A stretch of 61,907 bases of DNA, counting the filler, from Porpidia crustulata (taxonomy: Eukaryota): assembly GCA_964255105.1 (NCBI GenBank). It is 21 parts of 21 records of this genome, joined end to end, with 100 filler letters (N's around TTAATTAATTAA, not from the genome) between each part and the next. Parts side by side here need not be neighbours in the genome. Positions count along the whole stretch, not along the records: positions 24,081 to 26,950 come from CAXUWE010002387.1; positions 27,051 to 29,917 come from CAXUWE010002388.1; positions 30,018 to 32,883 come from CAXUWE010002389.1; positions 32,984 to 35,838 come from CAXUWE010002390.1; positions 35,939 to 38,766 come from CAXUWE010002391.1; positions 38,867 to 41,691 come from CAXUWE010002392.1; 15 more parts are not named here. One strand, given 5' to 3'. A model generated the notes under the pieces. It searched no databases, was not told the origin of the DNA, and saw nothing but the letters and a program-made list of their open reading frames with translations. Made by a program: the position numbers and the translations under genes. Below are positions 25,064 to 39,982 of the stretch, one piece after another; position 1 is the first letter of the stretch, and each line of letters opens with the position of its first letter.

Positions 25064-26950
25064 ATGATGGGGACGCCTCCGGAAGGTCTCGGCGGTGAGG
25101 AGATTTGATGCGTTGGCCGTTTGGTTTCAAGAGGTCACACGCTGACTTCTGTGCCTTCAGCCCGCGATCCAGCAGTGCCACATCTGTCAGATTCCACGCC
25201 ACAGAGGAAGAAGTCGACGAGCTACTGTCGGTACTTTGCTACTAAGACTGGTAAACACGTCCGTCTCCTTTCGGCTCGTCTTAATTTGCGTTGCGCACGA
25301 TATTGTGCAGGGTCGCATGTGATTCTCTTGACGACCCTGAATCTCCCCGTCTCATGATTCTATTCCTATTTTGGTTCTCCGAAGCTTAAGCATAATGCCC
25401 CTCTCGTTCTTGGCCCATCTGATGACTTCTTCCAAAACACAGGCTGTCGCGCTGGCACGGCTTGTCGGTTTGTCCACGATCCAGCCAGGCTGACGGCAGA
25501 CGGCAATGGGCCGCAGAAAGGGGCGCGCCCTTGGCATGTGAGCACGCCTCCAACGCCAAAGGACGGAACACCAGAGTCGAAAGAGTTGGCCCAGGACACC
25601 TCGACCGCGGAGTCTTCGACGCCGCAACAAGGCCGTCGCTTCCTGCCGCCTCTTGTGGAAAGCAGTCGCGTTATCCAGAAACCCGTATCGCGTGCCCAAC
25701 GGGAGGATCCAAGGGAATTCCAAATTCAGCAGCTGAGACGAAGGTTCTCTCCCGTAGAACAACCAGAGCATGGAGGGACTACCTTTACTTTCCAGATGGT
25801 GCCTTCAGACCCCGATTTTCCATTTGAAATGGTGAGACTCGACTGCGTGCTTCACGTGCCCTTGGCCTATCCACAAAGCGGACGACCAACTCTTGACGTA
25901 CGTAATCAGGAGATGGGACGGGGCTACCAGATCAATATCGAACGTGGGTTCGCGGCATTAGCTGAGAAATCCTCGCAGGCCACGCTGCTGAGCTTGATGA
26001 ATGCATTGGACACGCAGCTCGAATCTCTACTGACGGAGCCAAAAGCCGAGACCATCAAGATCATTCCAAACACTGCCGTTGGTACCAGCGTACGGCAAGC
26101 CAAGGTGGTACAACCTCCACCAGTGGAAGCCAGTGCTGTGAGACCAAATGCAGGCGATGTCCCAAAGCCGCCCCAGGCCTATACACCAGAACAAAGGCGT
26201 ATGGCGCAGGAGAGAAGGGGCGTTGAGACTCGTCAGCTTGAGGCTCGTCTGGGAAGACTTTCGCTATTCTACAAATCCTCGGACGGGATTGCATATACTG
26301 TTCCAATTACTCCGGGAAAGCACGGTGATCTTCCCGTCCCTCTACAAGCCGTCCAGTCCGTCAAGCTTTTAGTTCCTCTGCTTTACCCGTTGCAGCATTG
26401 TCGGGTCGAGATTTTAGGAGTCGCCAAAGAAGCTGCGGTTAATGTGGAAAGGGGGTTTGAGCGGAAGGCAAAGGAAAACCCCGATACGAGTTTGATGGGA
26501 CATGTCAATTATCTGGCACAGCATATGCACGTATTGGCGACAGAGTCTGTGGAAGCGCTGTCCGTGGAACAAAAAGATCCAGATGCTTCGATAATTGAGT
26601 CGTTAAACACCGAAGAGTCGAACAGTGACAGCGGCAAGGACGGAAACGTAGACAGTGGAGATGACCGTCCTCACATCAAGATCATTCCCAGACCTCCAGA
26701 ATGGGATACTGGCAACGAAGTCGATTCAGACACCGGCAGCGACTTTTCCGACTCCTACGACTCCGGGGACGAAGACTCCGCCAACGAGGTAGACGAAAAC
26801 GATGCAACCGTCACGACTTCGGACCCAACAGATTCTCCCGACCGCGGAATCCTCCTCTCTTTCCCCTCCCTCACTCTCACTAACATCGAGCTCCTTGCCT
26901 TAACCACCCTCTCCCTCTCCGTCAAATGCACTCGCTGCAAACACCCCATC
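25064..26950 (+). CDS. CCCH zinc-finger protein, probably with a C-terminal CHY zinc finger; 3' truncated
   Basis: Spliced CRYFATKT|GCRAGTACRFVH (C-x8-C-x5-C-x3-H); PSDPDFPFEM; IPRPPEW; ends at SLSVKCTRCK. Confidence 0.8.
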
Positions 26951-27633
26951 NNNNNNNNNNNNNNNNNNNNNNNNNNNNNNNNNNNNNNNNNNNNTTAATT
27001 AATTAANNNNNNNNNNNNNNNNNNNNNNNNNNNNNNNNNNNNNNNNNNNNCTTTGGAGAGCGTGGGGAGGTTCTACTCGACGGTGGGGTTTTTTCTATGA
27101 ATTTCTTCATGTTCTTTCTCGTAAGATTCTAATGCTGATTGCTGGGTATGGAAGTGCCTTTGGAGACGGGACGGATCTGGACGGGGAGATCCTGGGACGG
27201 TTTTGGTTCACCATGTACAAGTGTTTATACAATGTGGTTCAGCTTAGATTACGATGGGATAAAGATGTGATCAATGATACAGACTGTAGAGTCAATTGGG
27301 GTTCTTTACATTGTACTAGTTATGATTTTCCGCTGTTTGGAACGCTGTATCATGCGCAGTGTCCAAATCTCTTTTTTTCCAATCCGGCGATATCGCCCGT
27401 GTCTATGCCAAGCTCCAGATGGGTGTTTTGAGCTTTGCTTGCGGTGAACGGAGAGGAGGTGTATTGATCTTGATGCGTTTCGTGTCAATCCTTCGAAAAA
27501 TCAAATACACTCGTCGGCCAACTTGGCAGTCCGTTCGTCATACATACAATCATTCTGTTGTAACACTATACGACTCATACGCTCTTCTGCTCAAATATCC
27601 AAAGGTCAACGAGCTATCCGTGACGCAATTCGC

Positions 27634-29457
27634 TCATAGCACGTATCTAAAGTATGGGTTCTCCTTGTCCGTCAGATCCTTGAATGCTAACCGATCGCGG
27701 TCTTCTTCGTTCAGTTCGAGGGCATCTCGTCGTTTGTTCTCCGCTTGTAGAACAAAGTATAGAGTAATAGCTAGGGCGATGACGATGCAATAGCTGGATC
27801 AAAGGGGTCAGTGGATAACTTAGAGTCAAGGATAGGTGGCAAACCAAATGATGATTCCTAGCCAAAGTTCTGGATAATGACGCTTGAGCGTTGGCGTTTG
27901 GATAAGCTGGGGTCCAACGATCTTTACAGCGTCAGCAATTGAAAGTTGTCATTGAAAGAAGTCGTGGGACTTACATTTCCAACGCAATAAGCGATGAAAA
28001 TTGCGGCCGCCGTAAAACTCTTCTTTGTCGCTCCAGCTACATTCGCCATTGCGGTAATAATGATCAAAGTGACTACCGGCCCAAAGAAACCAATGATGGA
28101 AAATCCAACGACAGGCGCTGTAGCGTGATGCGACCAGGTGCTTTTCCAGATCATAGCGCAGCCGGTAATCACCGGCAGACAGCAGAGAACCAGCAGGATG
28201 AGACGGATGTTTGGGATGCGGCTGGAAAGGTAGCCAGTAAGGATGGTGAAGATGAAGACTATACCACCAAGGGGGAATTGGAGGAGGATAGATTCCAGTG
28301 TGGTATATCTAGAAGCATTTTTTAGCACAGGAATGAAGTTTCTCGAGCACAGACTGCCGTACCCAAAAGTCGACACAATCAACGGACCAAACCCACTCAC
28401 GGCACCGTTAACAGTATACCTGCATGCAGTCAGTCATTGCAACATCATCTCTCCTTGCAAACACAAACGCTGAAGCCATCATTAGTGCCATAAGCCATAT
28501 CTTGATGTCCAGTAGCCCTTCCTGTATTTGAGACCATTTGATCTTTTGGCATCGAACCCCAGTTTGCCCCTTTCTCAATCGTTCCACTGCGACTATACGC
28601 TCTTCTGCTGTCAAGAACCAGGCAGATACGGCCGAATTAGGTATGACGAAACATACGACTCCAAGTAATACCGTAAGAGTCCCGGCAAAAAGATAAATGT
28701 ATTGCCATCGCCTCAAGCTACCGCCGGTGATTTGTGCGAAGCCATAGTTCAGGGCGCCTCCGATGATTGTCCATCCACCCGTCGATGAAAGCCACCAACT
28801 TTGCCTCAACGATTGCTCTTCTTGCGTGTAATAGCCGCTCACAATGCACATAAAGCCGGTTGGTATAATGCTCTCGACAAAACCGAGGAAAAACCGTTGG
28901 GCATATAGACCACGGAAGGAAGTCACGGCGGCTGTAAGCATAGCAATCAATCCCCATAGCATGACGACACCACCAAGCACTCGGCCCATTTGGAATCGTT
29001 GCAAGGTCAAGGTCATCGGAAGTAACCCAGCCAGCATCCCAAAGTAAAAGACCGAGGTTGCCCAGCTGAGCCTTGCCGTGGAGGTCGTAGGTGGTGTCGT
29101 ATGGGGGTTTACCACGCTGAGGGACAGATCTTTGGCCATGCCGAAAAGGACAGCACTACCTAGAATCGCCTATTTCGGTCAACCACAGTCCTTATCTCAA
29201 ATAGCTCTTGCACCATGACATGCCTTGTCGTAGTACACAAAGCCATAACCTATCCACATAAAAGGCATAGAATAGAAGTCGATTTTCCGTAGCACTCGCC
29301 GTTGCACAGTTGCGTCAATATTCTGTGAATGCTCGGAGACGATCATTGCACCAATGTCTTTACCAAAGAAATCACCACTGGAGCCATCCTCGATAATAGG
29401 TGAAGGGATCGTCAAATTGGTGCCTTTCTCGATCTGATGGCCCTCCGTTGGATCCAT
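27634..29457 (-). CDS. MFS transporter, allantoate permease (Dal5-like, anion:cation symporter) family
   Basis: RRVLRKIDFYSMPFMWIGYGFVYYDKA, AQRFFLGFVES, YYTQEEQSLRQSWW, ANVAGATKK, AFKDLTDKENPYFRYVL*; several introns. Confidence 0.92.
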
Positions 29458-30017
29458 CTTGCCAATCCGTTACCCCAGATCGAGTCGATTGGGTAGAGCA
29501 GTATCTTATGTGAGTTGATGGAAATGAGTTGAGAGTACAAAGCTCATGGAAGTACATGATCTGGTGGCTGTAAGAACAAATTGGAGGCAGTGAAAATGTC
29601 AACCGGCCAACAGATTGAACAGTTTAGGAAGATGCCATTTCAAGCTTGAAGCTATCTATAAAGCTAAGGGACAAATCGATAATTAGTGCTTTTGAATCCC
29701 CACTGCTTTATTGGAGTCTCGAGGCCAAACCACCGAATCAATCCGAGTGACTGCGCGATTAAAAATCAACTGGACTGACATGATTGCTGGAAGCACACAA
29801 CACCAACGAAACCTAGAGTCCCTTGCTACAATCGTGGATGTGGCAAAATATCAACCCTAAATATCATAGTACAGTCGCGGAGAAGTCTTCGGATCGGAAT
29901 ATTACCTTCCATAGTATNNNNNNNNNNNNNNNNNNNNNNNNNNNNNNNNNNNNNNNNNNNNTTAATTAATTAANNNNNNNNNNNNNNNNNNNNNNNNNNN
30001 NNNNNNNNNNNNNNNNN

Positions 30018-30068
30018 TAAAGTGGGGTGTGCACGGGACCGGAACGTGCACGGGCCCGGGAATACTCC
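30018..30068 (-). mobile_element. Fot1/pogo-type transposon terminus (family B), followed by TA
   Basis: Identical to 12107-12157. Confidence 0.7.
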
Positions 30069-30535
30069 TAATGCAGACTGGAAGCCTTTGGCGAGCTTAC
30101 CCCGCCCCACCTCCTATCATCAATTGTTAGTCTGCACTAGGACCAGACCTGGCGGCTCAGAGATCTCTTCAAGGCAAGACTGAGCATATTTCAACGAAGG
30201 TCACACCGCTCGTCAATTCAAAGAAGCGACAACATGCCCTTCACGCCAGAACGTCGTTGTCTATCCGATTATCTTTCTATCGACTCTGCATATACATTTA
30301 CTCTCCCGCCTCCGTGGATTGTTTGTGGCGACTTTCAAATATTAGAATACAATTCGATTCGTCTGTTTTGCTGTTCAACCTTGGTGACTATTGGAACCAA
30401 TTCATCAAAATCGGAGTCTGTGGCTATCGTCTGTCCATAAGCATTAAAGCATATTCTGTTCTCAGCCTGATTGCTTCGCTCCCAGCATCCTCAGGAGCGT
30501 ACAGTAGCTCGGATTTCATACCCGAACTTTAAGAC

Positions 30536-32148
30536 ATGAACAACTTAAATGCCGAGTCCAAGCGTCTCAACGTCCTCGTTTTAGGTGACTGATCCTCGTC
30601 GTCCGTGGTAGTATTCCATCTTTACTAACATGAGATGATAGACGGAGGAGGGGTTCGAGGTCTCTCGTCATTGCTCATTCTCCAAGCATTGATGGGCCAA
30701 ATCAACCAAACTCTCACAAACCTCGGCGCAGCTTTCGACGAGCTGCATCCGCATCACATCTTCCAGCTTGTGGCTGGAACGAGCACCGGAGGGCTGATCG
30801 CTCTGATGCTTGGGAAGATGGGAATGACAGTCGACGAATGTATCACGCAATATGAAGAGCTTTCTAGGGTGATTTTCGGGAAAAAGCATTTTAGGGGTAG
30901 AATAACCCATGGACTCGCCCCAGCAAGGTATTCAGGGAAACGTCTGCGGAACTGCGTCCAGAAACTGCTACGTGATCGTCAACTCGACGAGAATATGCCG
31001 ATGAGGCATGAAGATGATAGGGTAGCCTGGTACGTCCCCGCAATGCTGAGAATTTTATCACACAATAGTTTCAGTATAGCTAATCCCCAAGACGAGGCCT
31101 GTTTCGCTAACATGTCTATCGTTAGTGCCGTGATTTGTAGAGAGCATTGCTCCTCCTCCCAATACTCTAAGCTTAAAAATAAAGCCGTTCCTATCTGCAG
31201 CCTGCCTTGCAAGGACAACCTTATGTGTAAAGTTTGCGACGCAGCGCGAGCGACTTCGGCGGCACCAACCTTCTTTCCGGTCATTAGTATCGAAGACAGA
31301 TTTTTTGCGGATGGAGGATTGGCGCACAATAATCCATCTTTTGCCATATATTTTCATTATACTCGTAGTGAGCGAAAGAAGTCGACTAGACCGATGGCTG
31401 CTTCTGCCACTTCGGCTCCACATTTTTCACCTCATGGTGATCTTGATTGCTCACGCGTTCGGTTCACCAATATCGGAACTGGTGCTAAAGTCGATGAAGT
31501 GGAGCCTGGAAAGCGAGATCGGCTTGCGGGCCTGTTACCCGGCATCATCAGAAAAGGAGTATTTCTAAACAGACCTTGACCGAAATCGCGGTGAATTCGG
31601 AAGAAAAGGCAGAAGTTATGAGACACTTTCAATATCTAAACTCAGACATTATTATGTATGAGCGATTCGACGCTAATCATGGAGTGTCTAACATCAAACT
31701 GGATGATTATAACGCTCTTGGTAAGGTCAGGGAAAAGACGGAGCAGTATCTTGAAGAACAAGGAACGAGAGACTTGTTAGAAGAGGTCGGATCGGCCATT
31801 GCGACCGATTATCTGAACACTGGACCAATCCAAGGACAGAACACGCAATCAACCGACTTAGCTATCGAGAAGTCGGGCCAACCACCCAAGGTATCAAATT
31901 TAAAGCCAGCTTCCTCCTCGGTATCGAGCGGTCCATCTAGCCACAGCGGCTTTCCCGAGAGTGAAATTCACGTGCTATTTCCAAACCATGACAGCCTTCA
32001 AAATGGCGGACCGGCACCGTCGACCGAGCATCCAACAGAAACTTTCCTTCCGCCAGATGAACAGGGACCTTCTAAACATTATGGCCACGAAAACTCCGGT
32101 ATTGACACCACTCAGCCAAAAACGTTCTTGCAAGCAGCTCCAGCCTAA
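30536..32148 (+). CDS. Patatin-like phospholipase with no NTPase domain; apparent 1-nt frameshift near 31567
   Basis: LNVLVL|DGGGVRGLSSL, AGTSTGGLIALML, ARATSAAPTFF, FADGGL, NIGTG; CTAAAC plus one A restores FLKQTLTEIAVNSE and joins ORF 31576-32148. Confidence 0.82.
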
Positions 32149-33805
32149 ATCTTTTGGTTACAGATCGTCAAAAATGAATGTTCAGTCGTCAGATCTCGAA
32201 TCAGCAGATATTATATTGAATGTCTTCCTCGATGGAGCAATACACCAGATACTACCCCCACTATGAACCTTCGGCTTCGGGACGTCCTTATAGCGTGATG
32301 ACTCCTCCTTCCCTCCGTCGAATCAGCACGTATAGCTGCTGCCACCATAACGGAGACGATTCGGCTCTCGAACGAACAATTCACAGCGGCCGCCGATCAC
32401 CGGCATGGAACACAAGGCCAACATCATGCACGCAAGGGATGCGAAACTCGCAGGGGGGTTATGTCAAGCTGCTATCCCAGTCACAAGACGATCTTGCCGC
32501 CAAGTGCAATATGCGTCGTCCCCAAGAGAGGAAAAGGAGACACACAAAAGGCAAACGACTGTAGCCTACGTATCATGTCTCGGTCAGGGCCCAGAGCCAT
32601 CTCTCAAGCCACGTGAAGCTGCTCGGCCACATTTCAAGGAGTGGTCGATAGCGGCGGAAGAAGAACGTCCAAAAACATCGAGAACACGGCCGGCTCGGCC
32701 GGGAGGTTGATATACCCCCATTGGGGGATTCCTGTGGAGTGGCTCTGATACCGCATCGCTGCTACCCATAATCGAGATGAAGAAGAAAAAGAGGTCTGGG
32801 AGGAATTTCTTGGTGAGAGACGTAATGCCCGTCCAGTATATCTAGCTAGCCTGCGCCGTGCCTTTTTCGCCGAGCACACATGCNNNNNNNNNNNNNNNNN
32901 NNNNNNNNNNNNNNNNNNNNNNNNNNNTTAATTAATTAANNNNNNNNNNNNNNNNNNNNNNNNNNNNNNNNNNNNNNNNNNNNGCACGAGGGAAGGAGGG
33001 AAGGGGTATTCGGTTGTGCTTAGGAGAAGTGATTGAAACTGAGGGCTGAGCACGCTGAACACTTCTTTTGAATCTTGTGATGCCTTTGGGAGTTGGCATT
33101 ACATATTTCCGCTCTTGGCGAAACTCTACCTCGTTCAAGGGAGCCGGTATACGACACTGAAATCATACAAAGCTGACCATGAAAGAGCGCGTCGACGGCG
33201 CCGTAGGGTAGTTCTAAGAGACCCGAATGCGTTGATACTCAGGAGATTCGTTGGCCCGCAGAGAAAGTGGCCGTAGGTGAGAAAGAGCAGGAAGAATAAT
33301 AAAAGGATGGTTTGATAGGCAAGATACAAATGTGTGGTTTGCAAAAGATTGTTCGGTAAATAGCATCACAGGAATCGAAAGACACAATTACTTCGAGCGT
33401 GAGGCTTCAATTGTTGACAGAGAGGAGGGCCGCAGCCGATATCGATTTTTAGAAACTCCATCGCATCCAGAAACGAATTGGCATGATAATTAATGGAGTA
33501 AGAACATAACGATTTAGAAATAGTCGAGTGGAGAGATGAGAAGTTGACGTTTTGGGATTGAGATGGGGATGAGGGCAGAAGGTCGCTAGTGTTCATCAAA
33601 ACTGTAAACAATTCTTACGAGGGAAAGTCTGAGAAGTGGTGGAACATGTAACTGCGTTGCTGTTGAGAAACGACATGAATGAGCTTTCTGGAGGTTCATA
33701 GGTGAGTGACAGAAATAGCAACTGGCTTGATCTGAGACATTCGGATAGCTTGATCATCCGAATTCCCCACCTTCGTCTGGCTGCCGACAACAACACAACA
33801 CGGGC

Positions 33806-35058
33806 ATGCTGAGATCTCTAACCGCCTGCTCCAAGACTGCTTTTCCTGCACCCTCATTCATTCGGGCTTCCTTGATCTCACAACGCCACTACCTTTCCTC
33901 AATGGCTACCTCGGACAAATCTAATGTCCCCAAGTCGGAGTACCGGCAGCTTGGGAAAAGTGGCCTACGAGTCAGCGTGCCGATTTTTGGCTGCATGAGT
34001 TTTGGGGACAAGAGATGGCAGAAGTGGGTCATAGAGGAGGATGAAGCTCTACCGTTGCTGAAAGCTGCTTACGATCGAGGCTTGAACTCTTGGGATACTG
34101 CCAACGTGTACAGCAATGGTGTTTCAGAGGAGATTGTTGGCAAGGCGATCAAGAAATACAACATTCCTCGCCACAAGCTGGTGATCATGACTAAGTGCTG
34201 TGGTACGGTCAGGGAAGGCAATAGTCCGGAGGTCATGGCGCTTCAAGATATTGACAAAACTGTTGACTATGTCAACCAGAGAGGTTCGTCTTCCTCAAGT
34301 CCTCACTGGACTTTAACAAAGGCTAAATGGTTCTATTCTAGGACTCTCTCGTCAAGGAATATTCGCCGCAGTCGAAGCCTCCCTCAAACGCCTTCAGACC
34401 CCCTACATTGACCTTCTCCAAATACATCGCTTCGACAAGACCGTGCCCGTTGAAGAAACAATGAAGGCGTTACATGACCTAGTCCAGGCAGATAAAGTGA
34501 GATACATTGGTGCGAGCAGCATGTGGGCATATCAATTCGCGACTATGCAATTCACTGCGGAGAAGAACGGGTGGACCAAATTTGTGTCGATGCAAAACTG
34601 CTATAGCTTGCTGTACAGAGAAGAGGAACGGGAGATGAACAAGTTCTGTGATGAGACCGGTGTGGGCTTGATACCTGTACGCTTGGATGCTACGTCCGTG
34701 AAACTCCTTTGGTGCAGTAGTACTAACACTTTTACAGTGGGGTCCTCTAGCTGCTGGCAGCCTCGCACGTCCTGCATCCGTACATGGAAGCACCGACCGC
34801 TCCAAAGACAAACCACTTGCAGATGTCGATGCCGAGATCATTGGGCGAGTAGAAGAGCTGGCGAAGGAAAAGGGATGGACGATGAGTCAGGTTGCACTTG
34901 CTTGGGCCAACAAACGGATCAGTAGCCCTATCATTGGATTCAGCAGCATTGGGAGAATGGACGAAGCATTGACCGCGAGAGGAAAGGAGTTGACCAAGGA
35001 AGAGGAGGAATTCCTGGAGGAGCTATACAAACCGAAAGCTATATACGGACATGGTTAG
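33806..35058 (+). CDS. Aldo-keto reductase (aryl-alcohol dehydrogenase/VrdA-like) with a possible mitochondrial presequence
   Basis: [67 protein letters not shown]; two introns. Confidence 0.93.
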
Positions 35059-37538
35059 GAGTGAGTAACTACATGAATAACACCAGTACCACGTCAATAC
35101 CAATTTCAACAAAGTCATTGACGCACGAACAGGACCGTCAGGAAGACCCACTCTGCTAACGCCAAGGTATGAAATTAGTGCCGGGCTCCTATCGATTTTT
35201 TCGGCTGATGATCTAGCGGGAGGACCATGTAAAAGTATGCAAGCTTCGGAGCATTTCTATCGAGGTACAAACTGAACTTGCAGCAAGGATCAATATCTCA
35301 CTAGGCTGTCGCATCTCACCTTTGCTCTCTCTGTGCGCCTTCCAAATGTTGTCGTCTACTCGTCTATCAAAATCAGCCTCGCCTACGAATTAATATACAC
35401 CTGCAGCCAGAGTCAATCCTTCGGAGACTATACCTGTGCAGTATCTCCTGATTCCCAACTCTGCACGTGCGCTTCCGCGCAGCCGTGATTACAACAAGGA
35501 CTGAGGCGACAGTTTGACGCGGAGGATCGCATGTCGCAAGTCGCCAACACCGGAAGCGATGTCCAACGGTGGTCATTGGATTATTGAGAAACGAGATTTC
35601 CCACCTCGCCCAACGATCGTGATGGCTTCTTCTTCTCTTGTCCGTTTTCTGCATACCGAGGTCATATTTTCGCTGCACCCATTTCTCGCCACGCCCGGCT
35701 GCGTGCATCTACATTGAGGCAATTGATGCTGCCCTTGGAATTTTTCCTTTCGACTCAAAGTCGTCCTTATTCATCATATACACATTCTTTCATCCCCACT
35801 CAGCATCCACAACCCATCCCACCTCCCCAACGCAAACCNNNNNNNNNNNNNNNNNNNNNNNNNNNNNNNNNNNNNNNNNNNNTTAATTAATTAANNNNNN
35901 NNNNNNNNNNNNNNNNNNNNNNNNNNNNNNNNNNNNNNGGTATATAAAGCCCAGTGTTTCTATAGATCTGGCTTTTTGATAAAGCAATTTATTCAACTGA
36001 TATTCAGCTATCTATCTGATACCTACTCTCGATATCAATATCTGCATTTCTAAAACCCCACCGAGCAATCTATCGAAAAGAACAACATGTTTCCAAGACC
36101 TTACTACCCTCCCGTCGGATCCGATGATACTAGTCCTGTGGCGAAGTAAACAGTGCAAAGCTGGGTCACGACGGTCGTGCTTGGGACTTCTACCGATCGT
36201 GCTTGCCATGGCGGAACCACGGTTTCCCGTGTCTGACGTGGCGGTTGGTCGGGTTATGGCCGGTGACGTTGTGCGAGCTTACGAGTTGAATTTGGGGGGT
36301 TCTGCTGCTTCGCTTGGCGGAGGCGGGTTCGATTCTCCTTGCATTGGGTCTGGGGAGTCCGTTCGGGATGGAGGTGTTGCTTTGATGGGTCGAATCGGTA
36401 TTCATGGTGAGTGCGACTCCTGATGCTGTTGTCGCTTGAGTTTCGGGACTGATGTAGGAGGGAAGGTTTTAACCTCGGCTTCGTGTTCGGATGGGTTGTG
36501 TCTTTGAGGGGACTTTGGAAAATAAATCCTGAATTGGGATTCATGGGTGAGAAGCAGTACAATACAGAAGGAGGCTATATTATTCCCAACGCGACACGGC
36601 CAACCAAAATCTCCAGATTGTTTCAAACAACGAAGACCGATCATACCACACTCAGCTGCAAGCCACAGGTGCCACTACCGCCTATTAAGGAGAAGATTGT
36701 TGGTATGTAATGTCGCCATTGATGTATAGAGATGCTTCCAACGGTCAATCACGGTCTCTTCCAGGGGATAGCAGATCTTGAGGGAGGATTGAAAAGAGGA
36801 AGAAAAGCTTTGATAAAGGTAGACAACAGGCCCAAGCCGCATTGGAATTTGTTATCCTTTCCAAAAAAAAAAAATGTACAATCATATAGATATAGAGTCT
36901 TGATAGAAAGCATAGAATAAAACGCGAGAATGAATGTCAAAGTCTCCATATTAGGATTTTCGAGAGACACAGGATGGCTAACGGCGACACTGTGAAGTAC
37001 ATTAAATTCAAGATCTTAAATGCAAGCCGTAGCTTCGACTGAAGGTGGCGAGTCCGGCATTCAACGATATAGAGAATAGTGTATCTAATACTGCATGCGT
37101 TTATAGGAGCTGGCAATCGATTACTTCAAGTGTCGATTGGAGTTACCACGTTGCTATCCATTGGGCGATAGAGTTATCGAGAACCTTGTATAACACCCTC
37201 GAGGACTGCAGTATGGATTAACAAAAACCTCAAATGCGAGTTTGGGGGACTCATGAAATACTTTGCACGCGTTGTGCAGAAGATCTTTTGCAAAGGCAAC
37301 GCCCATAAGGCTGAAGGCTACGTCGGCTCAATCAGTCACCGACGAGTTGCAGGGCAAAGCTTCCCGAAGCGCGTCCGAAAGTTGTTCTAAATACCTTCTA
37401 TTTCACTCGTTTCTCTTCGATTGACGCCCATTCGCAACATACTGTCGGGCTGGCGTTGTCTGCCTGTAAGCTCTAGGTCAATCGTTACAATCGTTACTAT
37501 CGTCCAAAGTACCTCCAAAAACCACAAACGCCTCCAAA

Positions 37539-38766
<1,228 letters not shown>

Positions 38767-38866
38767 NNNNNNNNNNNNNNNNNNNNNNNNNNNNNNNNNN
38801 NNNNNNNNNNTTAATTAATTAANNNNNNNNNNNNNNNNNNNNNNNNNNNNNNNNNNNNNNNNNNNN

Positions 38867-39510
38867 ACCTCCCCCATCCCGGCCGAAGGCGCCGATGAAG
38901 TCGAAGTCCCTAGCAATGCCCCCGCTGGCTCCTCACAAATGACCGTCCTCGAAGCCCTGAAAGGCGTTCTCAAACTCGCGCTTATCCACGACGGCTTGGC
39001 CAGAGGTTTGCGAGAAGCGAGCAAGGCGTTGGATCGGAGACAGGCGCACATGTGCGTGTTGAACGAAAGCTGCGAGGAGGAGGCGTACAAGAAGCTTGTG
39101 GTGGCGTTATGCGGGGAGCATGCGATTCCGTTGATCAAGGTGCCGGATGGGAAATTGTTGGGGGAATGGGCGGGATTGTGTGAGTTTTAACTTTCCTTGA
39201 CTTTTGGATATCATGATCCGGTGATATTGGTCATTGTCTGTTGCCAATTCGATTAAGGTAGTATTGGATCATGTAGACCTATCTTTGGATACTTTCCCCA
39301 AGAAAGAGGAAGCCTCAAACACTCTCCCCATCTTCGAACTACCAGCCCTATCCCCACAATCACTAACCCCCCATTCCCTCAATAGGTGTACTCGACCGCG
39401 AAGGCAACCCCCGGAAAGTCGTCAACTGCTCCTGCGTCGTCGTCCGCGACTGGGGCGAGGAATCGCAGGAACGCTCCATCCTACTCAACTACTTCCAAAC
39501 CGAGCAATGA
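38867..39510 (+). CDS. RPS12: 40S ribosomal protein S12 (eS12), 5' truncated
   Basis: [36 protein letters not shown]...[34 protein letters not shown]; intron near 39179-39385. Confidence 0.96.
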
Positions 39511-39982
39511 AAACCGCCTTTTATCATCGACCGGCATGAGGATGATGGGCTGAAGCGAGGAATTTGGCGACGATGGTACGATATCTGGTGGTAGATGATG
39601 GGCGACTCGCATGCGGATGCGCACGGGTAGCTGGCTGCTGGGCGATATTGTGTAGTTTTGCGTCGTAGATGCTAGACCATTTACGCACCAATGTTCTCGC
39701 ACATCTACGTCGAGCCACAACCTGTGCTTCAAGACCAATACGAAAGTGCTTTGAGACCAACGTTTGGTTGATCCTATTATCTGGATATCATATATCTAGC
39801 CCGATGATGACCCGTAGATGCTTGCTTCCACGCCTCCTCCACAACGTGCCTCAACGCTATCGCTATACTTCACCCGCTCGGCCGTCGACTCATCAGCGAA
39901 CGCCAGACTCACCGTCCCAGGTGCTGTGGCAGACCATCGTGAACGGCATAATTGGAGCAAAACCCCAAACTATGAACCCACA

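Noticed and set aside
32176..32883. Short ORFs downstream of the second patatin gene
   Set aside because: Fragmented across frames with no recognisable domain.
36100..36970. Faint resemblance to a copia integrase on the minus strand
   Set aside because: Too many stops and no convincing catalytic motifs; not supportable by eye.
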